NCBI GenBank assembly: GCA_017552385.1
Contig: JAFZQB010000008.1
Coordinates: forward strand, 1,663-65,662
DNA from: Candidatus Saccharimonadota bacterium
Lineage (GTDB): Bacteria > Patescibacteriota > Saccharimonadia > Saccharimonadales > Saccharimonadaceae
Direction of reading: 5' to 3'
DNA length: 64,000 nt
Below the pieces are notes generated by a model that did not search any database, was not told where the DNA came from, and worked only from the letters and a program-made list of their open reading frames with translations. Positions 17,867 to 27,349 of this stretch are shown here, one piece after another. Position 1 is the first letter of the stretch; each line of letters opens with the position of its first letter. Position numbers and translations under genes: made by a program.

Positions 17867-19027
17867 ATGAATGATTTTGAATACCTAGGAGGTGGGGATG
17901 TGTATCTTGACTCGGCGTGCCAGAGTCTAAGACCAACACCAGTGATAAAGGCGCTGAATGAGTACTATGAGAAATTTAACTCGTGTGGAGAAAGAGTGAA
18001 GTATCCGTGGGGAATTGAGACTGACAGACGAGTCGAAGCGACGCGCGATAAAGTTCTGAAGTACTTAAAGCTCTCTAAACATGATTATTTCGTATCGTTT
18101 ACGCTAAATACAACTTATGGAATCAATTTGCTGCTTCAGCAACTTGACGGAAGTGATTTTGATGTTGTAGTTACAAGTGATATTGAACATAATTCCCCAT
18201 TCTTGTCAACGATGACGTTCGCAAAAAGGTACGGTATCCCGAGAATTGTATTGTCTAGAGGGGAAGATGGAAGTCTGCCGGTTGAAGGAATACCAGAAAA
18301 AGCAGTAGTAGTAGTAAACTGCGCCTCTAATATAGATGGAAGAAAACTTGTGAATATCAAAGATGTGATAAAGCGAGTGCATAAGACAGGCGGCGTAATT
18401 ATAATTGATGCCGCGCAGGCAATGGCTCATTCTTCAGAAGTACTCTATAAGACTGAGGCGGATGCAATCTGTTTTTCGGCACACAAACTTTACGCGCCTA
18501 GCATGGGCGTAATGGTAGTCAGGAAGGATTTGTTACCAAGAATCCAGACTTCATTCATAGGTGGAGGAATGGTGGATGACGTTAATAAGGAATCGTACTT
18601 ACTATCCAGCGAAAAGAATTCTGATCACATCTATACGAAGTTTGAAAGCGGTTTGCAGGCTTGGGGCGAATCGATTGCACTAGGAGCGGCGATTGATTGG
18701 CTGGAAGGGCTCTCAAGAGCGGATCATAAGAATCTAGAAGAGAATTACACAGAGCTCTTCAATTTCTTGAACGACAGCAACAAAATTACAATGGTGAATA
18801 AAGAAGCAAACCCGACAATGAGTTTCTTTGTGGAGGGAATTGATTCTCATTTGCTAGGCGAAGCTCTTGGGGCGGAGAGGATTATGGCAAGAACTGGTTA
18901 TTTTTGCGCGCATTATTATCTCGATAAAGTGCGCAAATTTCCGCCGCTTATTAGATTCTCATTAGGATATCATAATCGCCCAGAAGATATTGAAAAGGTA
19001 AAGAAGGTGATGAGGAAAATTGTTTAG
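17867..19027 (+). CDS. Class V aminotransferase / cysteine desulfurase (SufS/CsdA-like)
   Basis: 386 aa. PLP-lysine motif FSAHKLYAPSMG and catalytic-Cys loop RTGYFCAHYY. Confidence 0.75.
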   Translation: MNDFEYLGGGDVYLDSACQSLRPTPVIKALNEYYEKFNSCGERVKYPWGIETDRRVEATRDKVLKYLKLSKHDYFVSFTLNTTYGINLLLQQLDGSDFDVVVTSDIEHNSPFLSTMTFAKRYGIPRIVLSRGEDGSLPVEGIPEKAVVVVNCASNIDGRKLVNIKDVIKRVHKTGGVIIIDAAQAMAHSSEVLYKTEADAICFSAHKLYAPSMGVMVVRKDLLPRIQTSFIGGGMVDDVNKESYLLSSEKNSDHIYTKFESGLQAWGESIALGAAIDWLEGLSRADHKNLEENYTELFNFLNDSNKITMVNKEANPTMSFFVEGIDSHLLGEALGAERIMARTGYFCAHYYLDKVRKFPPLIRFSLGYHNRPEDIEKVKKVMRKIV

Positions 19028-19028
19028 T

Positions 19029-19556
19029 ATGTCTAAGAAAGTAAGTGAGAAAACTAAGCAAAAAGGAAAATATCTGATTTTTGGATTACTAAATACGGGG
19101 ATTAACTACGGTATTTATGAGGCACTGGCGTTACTGGTCTTTAGAGCGGAAGACCAATTGTGGATTGCGACGTTGATATCTGGGGCGATCTCGATCTTTG
19201 TTGGCTACTTCTTGCATTCACGATTTACATGGAAAGGGCGTGAAGTTGGAAAGAAACAGCTTGGTAAATTTTTCATTTGGAATGTAGTAATGAATGTAGC
19301 AATAAGACCACTACTCACATTGTTCTTCGGGTTATTTGGTTTCTTATACCAATTCGCATTCAATATTTGCCAAGAAATAAGTATTAACTTTAGCTATGAA
19401 TTTGTAGCTACTACGGGGAACTATGTGCTAATGACAGCAGTTGTAATGGTAATTAACTTCTTGGTATATGATAGGTTTGTATTTGGGGAGTCTAAGCGCG
19501 AGAAGAAAGCTGCGGTTAAAGAGAAGAGCGATGGGGCCTCCGCTGAAGAAGGCTAG
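19029..19556 (+). CDS. GtrA family membrane protein
   Basis: About 175 aa with 4 TM segments. LNTGINYGIYEALALLVF is a typical GtrA-like start. ATG 19029 is preferred over the track's TTG 19020 (GAGGA SD spacing). Confidence 0.7.
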   Translation: MSKKVSEKTKQKGKYLIFGLLNTGINYGIYEALALLVFRAEDQLWIATLISGAISIFVGYFLHSRFTWKGREVGKKQLGKFFIWNVVMNVAIRPLLTLFFGLFGFLYQFAFNICQEISINFSYEFVATTGNYVLMTAVVMVINFLVYDRFVFGESKREKKAAVKEKSDGASAEEG

Positions 19557-20958
19557 CTGCTAGAAAGACTGGGGAGAGATAAAGATGAATGGCATTGGGG
19601 AAGCCAGAGAAGAAAAGAAGTGTCAAAAGATAGCATAAGACAGTGCAGCCAATAAGGTAGCGTTCAGGTCTAGCAATGTGCCTAAGCGCCAGAAGAATAA
19701 GCGTCGTTATCAAGACGGCAAGAAGAAGTCCTAATATACCAGTCTCTAGGAGGAGAGAGAGGTACTCATTCTGAATAATCTCGAAAGGAGTGCTGGTCTT
19801 TTCTGCTTGAAACATAACTTTACCAGCAGAGCCAAGCCCATAGCCAAATAAGAGCGTCGATGGTGACTTAGTAGCCAAGTCTATGGCGATACGGTTAAGA
19901 TTCACACGAACGTCCGTTGATTCTTCCACGTAGCCATCGAAAACTGGCGCTATAGAGTTAGATGGGTCGATAGTTGCTGGGTCGCTATCTGTGTTCGAAA
20001 AATGGAGATTGATCTCGCCAAGTGAGAGCTGCGAGACGGAGCGTTCAATACCGGAAGCAAAAGTACTGTTGGTATAAGAAATGGCTGAGAACACCCCTTG
20101 CATGAGAAGCGTAAATATAAAGCTTAGGAGAAGAAGAGGAATAGTTTTCAAGAAGGCTCTATTGTGGAGCCTTATTAGTGATAGGAGAGTCAATACGATA
20201 AAACCTAGCGTAAATGAGTAAATAGCACCTCTGGAGAAAGTGAGAAAAAGAGTGCTAGAGAAGAAAAAGGAGAAAAAGAGAAGGGCTCTACGGCTGAAGA
20301 AATGGGCTTTTGCGGCGGGCCTAGCCCACAAACAAAGAGCTGTAAGCGTCGGGGCAAGGAGAAGATTACCCATAAATTGTGGTTCGATTGCTAGCCCAGA
20401 TGGATGGGGAAAACCAAACGAGTACGATGTGCAACCTGGGCAGAGGAGAGTGATGTTACGGTCAATGCCAAGGCAATCTAAGATAGATTGAACCCAACAT
20501 AAAGTACAGAAACATAGTGAAGAGATTAGAAATATTTTGATGAACTTAGCCTTGTCGAAAAATGATTGCGCCTTGTACTTTGTCAAAATAGTCAAACTAG
20601 TAATAATAATGCACCAAAGAATGCCTGCAGTCAGAGTAGCTCGAAGCGGGTTCGCGCTCCAGATGATGGTAGTGGAAAGATAAAGAGGAAAGAGAAAAGA
20701 TAAAAGGTATGGTCGATGATTCTTATATATATTATGTATGGCGCTAGCAAAGTCTTTAAGGGAAAGAACAGAGAAGAGAAAAAGCCAGATAAGAGGTAAA
20801 GACAACTCGTAGTTGGTGGACTCAGTGGAAGCTATAGAGATAAGGGGATAGTAAGAACAAAAGAGGACAACAGGGAACGAATAGAGAAGAAATAGACGAA
20901 TCTTCTGGGGAATCGTTAGTTTGACATTTGCTCGTGAATGACTATTTGGAGAGAGCAT
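19516..20958 (-). CDS. O-antigen ligase/polymerase-like (Wzy_C) polytopic membrane protein
   Basis: 480 aa with 10 or more TM segments and the characteristic TFSRGAIYSF motif. Confidence 0.7.
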   Translation of the reverse strand: MLSPNSHSRANVKLTIPQKIRLFLLYSFPVVLFCSYYPLISIASTESTNYELSLPLIWLFLFSVLSLKDFASAIHNIYKNHRPYLLSFLFPLYLSTTIIWSANPLRATLTAGILWCIIITSLTILTKYKAQSFFDKAKFIKIFLISSLCFCTLCWVQSILDCLGIDRNITLLCPGCTSYSFGFPHPSGLAIEPQFMGNLLLAPTLTALCLWARPAAKAHFFSRRALLFFSFFFSSTLFLTFSRGAIYSFTLGFIVLTLLSLIRLHNRAFLKTIPLLLLSFIFTLLMQGVFSAISYTNSTFASGIERSVSQLSLGEINLHFSNTDSDPATIDPSNSIAPVFDGYVEESTDVRVNLNRIAIDLATKSPSTLLFGYGLGSAGKVMFQAEKTSTPFEIIQNEYLSLLLETGILGLLLAVLITTLILLALRHIARPERYLIGCTVLCYLLTLLFFSGFPNAIHLYLSPVFLAASLLQRRPHRSSL

Positions 20959-20970
20959 AGCTTATACCGA

Positions 20971-22191
20971 TCAAACATCCTTAACATTGGAAGTTTTTTT
21001 AGTGACGAAAGCCATAAGCTGATCTTGAAAATTCTTTTCAGAAAATGGGAGGGCGGATTCTCTAATCTTGACTTCGTCGAATTTTAATGTCTGAAAATGT
21101 TCGATTGCTCGGCTTAGGGAACTTACGGTCTGCCTATCGAAAAGAACACCATTCTTGCCGTCTTTTATATAGTCAAGTGCACCACCATTGCCGTAAGCAA
21201 TGACTGGACAACCACAAGCTAATGCTTCGACTGGAGCTATGCCAAATGGTTCGAGTGACGGGAAAATGAATCCCTCAGCCTGCTCGAGGTATCGTTTGAT
21301 AGTTTTTATATCAGCAAGCGGAACGAACTTGATATATTCGGAGCCATTCGCGAGCCTCACGAGATTGTTGTGCTCAGGTCCTTCACCAATAATGGTAAGC
21401 GAGACTTTGAGTTCCATGCATGCCTTGATGGCGAGATCGAGTCTTTTCCAAGTAACTTGACGTGATGTAGCAACAAATCCATGGCGTGTGGCGGATTTTA
21501 CAGATGGTAACTGGATGGTCATTTGACTTTTTGCATTTTCGTGTTGTTTGTGTTCGGTTTCTTTAGCTTGACTTTTCGAGCGTTTTATTGTTTCCCTGCT
21601 TGTGGAAAAGTCTTTTGTGGAAAACTTTTCCACTGCAACTGGCGGATGAATAATGGTCGATTCCCTTTTGTAAGCTGATTTAATCTGTTGTTGGGCATAC
21701 GAGGATATAGTAATAAACTCATCCGGGCGCTGCGCGGCAGCGTAATCCGCTTTTTTTAATGGTGGAAGAAAGGCTTTGAGTGCGAGCCGGACTACTGGGT
21801 TTAGAATACCAAATCCTGGGTTTTTTATGTAGTCATCTTTGAGCCCCCAATAATATTGAGTGGGGACATGGCAATAACAAATGTGGATGGCGTTTCCCTT
21901 TTTTACAGATTTAGCTTCTGCTCCAGTAACTGAAATGATGAGATCGTAGCTTGAGAGGTCTAAATGATTGAAGTAACATTGGCGTAGTAGGCCGATGAAC
22001 CGACGAAGGCTAGATGGGACGATCTGGAGCCATCCCGTGTGAACTTCTCGGTCGTTGAACCAATCGATTCCCTTTTTGTTGTACTGTGAGGTATAAATTG
22101 GAGCTTTTGGGAAAAGGTCACAAATAGAACGAAGTACGCGTTCCGCACCGCCCACAGATACTAACCAATCGCAGACGATAGCGACCTTCAC
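20971..22191 (-). CDS. Glycosyltransferase family 4 (GT-B)
   Basis: 406 aa. N-terminal MKVAIVCDWLVSVGGAERV and C-terminal EPFGIAPVEALACGCPVIAYGNGG (EX7E region). Confidence 0.85.
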   Translation of the reverse strand: MKVAIVCDWLVSVGGAERVLRSICDLFPKAPIYTSQYNKKGIDWFNDREVHTGWLQIVPSSLRRFIGLLRQCYFNHLDLSSYDLIISVTGAEAKSVKKGNAIHICYCHVPTQYYWGLKDDYIKNPGFGILNPVVRLALKAFLPPLKKADYAAAQRPDEFITISSYAQQQIKSAYKRESTIIHPPVAVEKFSTKDFSTSRETIKRSKSQAKETEHKQHENAKSQMTIQLPSVKSATRHGFVATSRQVTWKRLDLAIKACMELKVSLTIIGEGPEHNNLVRLANGSEYIKFVPLADIKTIKRYLEQAEGFIFPSLEPFGIAPVEALACGCPVIAYGNGGALDYIKDGKNGVLFDRQTVSSLSRAIEHFQTLKFDEVKIRESALPFSEKNFQDQLMAFVTKKTSNVKDV

Positions 22192-23615
22192 TACTTGGCT
22201 CCTTCGTGGCGGAAGACAGCTTTGACCGTACGGAGGAGAATTTGGAAGTCAAGTCCAAGAGACCAATTTTTGATGTAATAAAGATCTAGAGAGCGGCGTT
22301 CTTCGAAAGAAATGTTACGGCGTCCTGAAACTTGAGCGAGCCCAGTAAGTCCTGATTTGACAGTGAGGAGAAGCGAGCGGTCACCATAAGTTTTAAGCTC
22401 TCCTGGAACAAGTGCACGTGGCCCAACAAGAGAGATGTCGCCACGAATAACATTGAAAAGTTGGGGTAGTTCATCGACAGAAGTCTTGCGGATGAAGCGA
22501 CCAATCTTGGTAATTCGAGGATCGTCTTTGAGAGAGTCGCCGTTCTTGCGGTACTTTTTAATTAGCTCCGAGTGGCCCATCTTTTTAAAGGCTTCTTCAG
22601 GAGATAGGCCAGAATACTCAGGCTTCATAGAACGGAATTTATAAATCTTAAATTTGCGATTGAACTGAGAGAGGCGGTACTCGGAGTAAATTGCTGGTTG
22701 TTTAGGGCTAGATAGCTTAATGACTGCCCAAACAATTAGCATCGGGATAAGCGCAAGGATGAAAGCAACTGAGCCAAGCAAGACGTCAAAGAAGCGCTTA
22801 ACATAACGTGAGTTGCCATTTAGAGGAGTAGCATTGACACGCAGGGTTGGAGTATTACCTACGAGCTCGAGCTCACCGAGCTGAGACGAGAGGGCAGATT
22901 CACTGGGGACAAAATAATAAATAACGTGACGGTTGACCGACTGTTGATAAACATACTCTGTTTGGCGTTCGTCGGTCTGGAAAATGACGTCTGGCTTGGC
23001 GTAGCGAAGGGCGTCCTTTAATGACGAATATTGTTTCTCCACCAAATCCTTTGGAAAATACTTGCGAGCAGCAACAATACCGACAAGTTGGTAGCCGGAC
23101 TCTGGCGTGGCGGAAATGTAATCTGTCAAATAGTCAGTGTTTTTGTTATTCCCTATTACAACGACACGAAGAGTCCCACGCCCATGGCGAAAACGAAGAT
23201 TGCGAATGAATCGGAAAATCATACGGTTGAGCGTAAGAAAAATAAAGCACAGAATAAATGAATAAATAGCAATGGTACGAACTGGGAAAAGATCACTGGA
23301 ACCAAAAAAATCGATAGTGATAATAGACATCATACCGATAAGTGAAGCAACGAAGAGTCTTCCTATCTCCTTGCCCCTAGCGTGACGATCGAGAATCTTC
23401 TTAGAATAAAGGCCGATAGATATAAGAATTAGAATCCAGATTGGGACGAGAAGGGCTACCTCTACGATAAATCCAGAGAGATCAGATTCAAAAAAGTATG
23501 GGCGCTTATCAAGGTGAGTACGAAAATAGTAGGCAAAAAAGAAGGAGAAGATAATTGCAAGGAGATCTCCTAGAATTAGCAACACCCTTGAGAGGAACGT
23601 AGAGTCCTTTTTCAT
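22191..23615 (-). CDS. Polyprenyl-phosphate sugar phosphotransferase (WbaP/CpsE-type priming enzyme)
   Basis: 474 aa with N-terminal TM segments. C-terminal bacterial sugar transferase motifs KFRSM, DELPQLFNVIRGDISLVGPRA. Confidence 0.9.
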   Translation of the reverse strand: MKKDSTFLSRVLLILGDLLAIIFSFFFAYYFRTHLDKRPYFFESDLSGFIVEVALLVPIWILILISIGLYSKKILDRHARGKEIGRLFVASLIGMMSIITIDFFGSSDLFPVRTIAIYSFILCFIFLTLNRMIFRFIRNLRFRHGRGTLRVVVIGNNKNTDYLTDYISATPESGYQLVGIVAARKYFPKDLVEKQYSSLKDALRYAKPDVIFQTDERQTEYVYQQSVNRHVIYYFVPSESALSSQLGELELVGNTPTLRVNATPLNGNSRYVKRFFDVLLGSVAFILALIPMLIVWAVIKLSSPKQPAIYSEYRLSQFNRKFKIYKFRSMKPEYSGLSPEEAFKKMGHSELIKKYRKNGDSLKDDPRITKIGRFIRKTSVDELPQLFNVIRGDISLVGPRALVPGELKTYGDRSLLLTVKSGLTGLAQVSGRRNISFEERRSLDLYYIKNWSLGLDFQILLRTVKAVFRHEGAK

Positions 23616-23639
23616 ATATGGTATAATTATACCATATAT
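23614..23639. promoter_or_regulatory. 26-bp perfect palindrome carrying two overlapping, oppositely oriented extended -10 boxes
   Basis: ATATATGGTATAA|TTATACCATATAT. TGGTATAAT reads on both strands: -10 at 23622-23627 (+) and 23631-23626 (-). Confidence 0.6.
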
Positions 23640-23671
23640 ATTATATGGTGGGGAGTAAAAGGAGGAGCGGG

Positions 23672-25012
23672 ATGGGAAGGTATTTTGGAACAGATGGAAT
23701 ACGCGGAAAAGCGGAGATGTTTACGAACGAGTTCTTGGAACGAATTGTACGTGGGCTCGAAGTTCAAGGCAAGCGGATTCTGATTGGTGGCGACACGCGT
23801 GAGTCCACTAAGTGCATTTTGGATGACCTTAAAACATCGCTCGCAAACAATGGCGCAAGAGAGGTCGGCGTTATTGAGGTTTTCCCTACTCCTGGAATAA
23901 ACTACGTCATGTATTCTTTGGTATATGATTATGCGATAGACGTAACGGCATCGCATAATCCATATTTTGATAACGGCATAAAAATCTTCGAGTACACTGA
24001 TGCCGGCGGCTCAAAGCTCAACGAAGCAGGGCGGACACGAATCGAGGCTGTTTTAGAAGATAGTTCCCCGCTGGAGCTTAAAGATTTATCTATAGAAACT
24101 AAGATTTATAATGAGCGACAAAGAGGGTTAGAGTATTATGAAGAACATCTAAAAAGCTGCTTACGTGAAGGCGAAGATTTATCAGGACTGAAACTGATGC
24201 TTGACTGCGCGAACGGCGCAACTGGCGTACTTGGCAAACGAGTATTCGTAGAATTAGGCGCAGAAGTATCGGTAATTAATGATGACATAAAGTTCGGAAA
24301 AAAGATCAACGATGGAGCGGGCAGCACACATATTGAAGGGCTACAGGCGGTCGTAAAAGAGGGCAGCTTCAGTCTTGGAGCGGCTTTTGATGGCGATGGC
24401 GACAGATGCTTATTGGTCGATGAGGCTGGCGAAGTGGTAGATGGCGATCAAATCTTGGTGATCCTAGCAAGGTATTTGAAATTGGACAAGATTGTTGCAA
24501 CTGTAATGGCAAACCAAGGTTTGTTGAATTGGGGTAAGACAAAAGGCGTAGAAGTAGTGATGACAGATGTTGGCGATCAAAACGTAGCAAAAGAGATGAA
24601 AGAGCGCGATATACAGCTCGGCGGTGAACAAAGTGGGCATATAATTTTACCTGGGGAAGCAATGGGCGATGGACTGCTAACGGCTTTGATGGTGACTAGA
24701 GTAATGAAAGAAAGTGGTAAAAAGTTAAGCGAGCTATCAGCTGAGATGGAGAAAATGCCACAAGTGCTCTTGAATTTGCCCGTGACAGACGAAGAAAAAG
24801 CTACATTCAGCAATTCTGAACCAGTTAAAAAACTAATTGATGCTTTTTCTAAAAGATTAGAAGAGGTTCATGGACGCGTATTGGCTCGTCCTAGTGGAAC
24901 TGAGAAGATTATTAGAATTACGATGTGGGGAGATAATCAGAAAAAAATAAATGTGCTAGCGTCAGAGTTGGCGGGACAATTAAAGGAGGCCATAGAAAAT
25001 GGTAATAATTAA
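23672..25012 (+). CDS. glmM: Phosphoglucosamine mutase
   Basis: MGRYFGTDGIRGKA start with a GGAGGAG SD at 23661-23667 (the track ORF begins at 23645). Active-site TASHNPYFDNGIK. GDGDRC metal loop. Confidence 0.93.
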   Translation: MGRYFGTDGIRGKAEMFTNEFLERIVRGLEVQGKRILIGGDTRESTKCILDDLKTSLANNGAREVGVIEVFPTPGINYVMYSLVYDYAIDVTASHNPYFDNGIKIFEYTDAGGSKLNEAGRTRIEAVLEDSSPLELKDLSIETKIYNERQRGLEYYEEHLKSCLREGEDLSGLKLMLDCANGATGVLGKRVFVELGAEVSVINDDIKFGKKINDGAGSTHIEGLQAVVKEGSFSLGAAFDGDGDRCLLVDEAGEVVDGDQILVILARYLKLDKIVATVMANQGLLNWGKTKGVEVVMTDVGDQNVAKEMKERDIQLGGEQSGHIILPGEAMGDGLLTALMVTRVMKESGKKLSELSAEMEKMPQVLLNLPVTDEEKATFSNSEPVKKLIDAFSKRLEEVHGRVLARPSGTEKIIRITMWGDNQKKINVLASELAGQLKEAIENGNN

Positions 25013-25439
25013 ACGACTTGATAAATATACGGAAAAGACAGCTGATGCAATCCGCAAACTATTAATTGAATTATCTAGGAGCGGGAAGGACAAAGGCGAA
25101 ATTCCTCGCGAGTGGTTTGACGATATTATTAATTCTCCATGGCATGACTTAATAATCGCTGAGGAGGACGGAAAACTGTTAGGAATGGCGGCGATGTCTA
25201 TTATGATGGGTGCCGGAATACGGAAAAATGCATACCTAGAAGATTTTGTAGTGAGTAGCGAATCACGTGGGAAAGGAGTTGGTGGGTTGCTGTGGGATGA
25301 AATGCTGAAATGGGCAAAAGAAAAAGGAGCAAAGCGGCTGGAGTTTACTTGTGGTGAAGGACGTGAGGCTGCGCATGTGTTTTATCATAAGCATGGCGCA
25401 GAAATATATGAGACAGATTTCTTTAGGTTAGAGTTATAA
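24999..25439 (+). CDS. GNAT family N-acetyltransferase, translationally coupled to glmM
   Basis: 146 aa. Acetyl-CoA motif A SESRGKGVGGLL. AAGGAGG SD inside the glmM 3' end. 14-nt overlap with glmM. Confidence 0.8.
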   Translation: MVIIKRLDKYTEKTADAIRKLLIELSRSGKDKGEIPREWFDDIINSPWHDLIIAEEDGKLLGMAAMSIMMGAGIRKNAYLEDFVVSSESRGKGVGGLLWDEMLKWAKEKGAKRLEFTCGEGREAAHVFYHKHGAEIYETDFFRLEL

Positions 25440-25443
25440 TTCC

Positions 25444-27273
25444 CTATTCGACTGTGACTGATTTTGCAAGATTGCGTGGTTGATCAACATTAAAGCCTTT
25501 GGCTGTCGTGATGTAGTAGGCAAAGAGTTGAGAAACTAGATTCATAAGAATTGGAGCGAGAAGCTTGAGGCTTGTAGTAATCTTTATGACATTATCTACA
25601 GGGAGAGAGAACTCCGCCGAGTTTGTGATGACGACGACATGACCGCCGCGGGCAAGAACTTCTTGAACGCCAGATATGGATTTGTCGTAGAGGTTATCTT
25701 TAGGGAGCAGTACAAACTCGAAGAATCGGTCATCGATGAGGGCGAGCGGGCCATGTTTGAGCTCTCCAGTCGGATAGGCGTTGGCATCAATATATGATAT
25801 CTCCTTGAGCTTGAGCGCGCCCTCTAATGCGGCTGGATATGAGACGTCGCGACCTAGGTAGATGGCGTGGTCGTAACTTTTGTATTTCTCCGCAAGGGCC
25901 TTTATGGTATCCGGGAGGGTCTGGAGGAGGTTATCAATCTCGTTCGGAAGAGCAGCTATTTCTTCGACATATGGAGCGATAAAGGAATTCTTGATCCCTT
26001 TTGCTTCGGCAATAGTGAGACCAAACATAATCATGGCGACAGCTTGAGAAGTGAAGGCCTTGGTAGAGGCAACGGATATTTCTGGTCCAGCGTGAATATA
26101 GGTGCCTCCGTCAACTTCGCGCGCAATGGTGGAGCCAATCGCGTTAACAATACCAATGGTCTTAACGCCTTGAGACTTAAGATCGCGAAGGCAGGCTAGG
26201 GTATCGGCAGTCTCCCCAGATTGTGAAACAATGAGAGCAACGGTATGGTCAGGGATATGAGCGTGACGGTAGCGGTACTCTGAAGCCATGACCGGCTCAA
26301 TAGTAATATCGTTCGTGAATTGTTCGATGTAATAGCTGGCAAGCATTCCAGCGTGGTAGGCTGTCCCGCAACCAACAATAATAAGATGTTTGATGCTCTT
26401 TAGTTCTTTATCAGACAAATTGGGGCCACCGAGATGGACGGTTTTTTCTATAAGATTAATGCGACCACGTAAAGTCTCGGTAAGTGAGGCTGGTTGTTCC
26501 ATGATCTCTTTAAGAAGGAAATGATCATAGCCTCCTTTTTGAATAGCGGCAAGATCGGTTTTTATGGTTTCGACTTTAGCGGAAACCGGTTGAGAATCGA
26601 GGGTCTTTATTTCTACGGAGTCAGCAGTGATAGATGCAACTTCGCCATCATTTAGATAGATGGCTTTCTTGGTGTGGCCAAGAAGAGCTGAGGCGTCAGA
26701 TGCGATAAGCGTCTCTCCATGCCCTATGCCGATAACAAGTGGCGAACCAGAGCGCGCGACTACGACTTCCGTGGGCTTTAACTCTGAAACTACGGCAATT
26801 CCATAAGTACCGTGGACTAGTTTCAAGGCTTGGACGACGGCATTTGAAAGGGGGTACTCGCCATCAAGGTAAAAGTGATTGATAAGAGCAGCAAGAACTT
26901 CAGAGTCGGTATCTGAAGCAAAAGTATGAAATTTTTCTAGCTTAGATTTAAGCTCTTTATAGTTTTCTATAATACCGTTATGGACGAGGTATATCTTGCC
27001 GGCTTTATGTGGGTGAGCGTTTCTCTCGCTTGGCTCGCCATGAGTTGCCCAACGAGTGTGTCCGATACCGACAGTATCAGTGCGCTTGTTTTTGGCGACT
27101 TTAGTTTCAAGATCAGATATTTTTCCTTTGGATCTGAGAAGCGTCGCTTTCCCTTTTGCATCAAAAGTAACAATGCCAGCCGAGTCATATCCGCGATATT
27201 CTAGACGTTTAAGTCCGCTAATCAAAAAATCTTGCGCATTCTTTTTCCCTACATAGCCCACGATTCCACACAT
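25444..27273 (-). CDS. glmS: Glutamine--fructose-6-phosphate aminotransferase
   Basis: 609 aa. MCGIVGY Ntn-amidotransferase start, two SIS domains, C-terminal ...KSVTVE. Confidence 0.97.
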   Translation of the reverse strand: MCGIVGYVGKKNAQDFLISGLKRLEYRGYDSAGIVTFDAKGKATLLRSKGKISDLETKVAKNKRTDTVGIGHTRWATHGEPSERNAHPHKAGKIYLVHNGIIENYKELKSKLEKFHTFASDTDSEVLAALINHFYLDGEYPLSNAVVQALKLVHGTYGIAVVSELKPTEVVVARSGSPLVIGIGHGETLIASDASALLGHTKKAIYLNDGEVASITADSVEIKTLDSQPVSAKVETIKTDLAAIQKGGYDHFLLKEIMEQPASLTETLRGRINLIEKTVHLGGPNLSDKELKSIKHLIIVGCGTAYHAGMLASYYIEQFTNDITIEPVMASEYRYRHAHIPDHTVALIVSQSGETADTLACLRDLKSQGVKTIGIVNAIGSTIAREVDGGTYIHAGPEISVASTKAFTSQAVAMIMFGLTIAEAKGIKNSFIAPYVEEIAALPNEIDNLLQTLPDTIKALAEKYKSYDHAIYLGRDVSYPAALEGALKLKEISYIDANAYPTGELKHGPLALIDDRFFEFVLLPKDNLYDKSISGVQEVLARGGHVVVITNSAEFSLPVDNVIKITTSLKLLAPILMNLVSQLFAYYITTAKGFNVDQPRNLAKSVTVE

Positions 27274-27349
27274 AATACCTCCTGATTAATGTATCTATTA
27301 TACAATAACCAAAGCCTGTAATGAAAGAAATAAATGATATAATGAAGAT

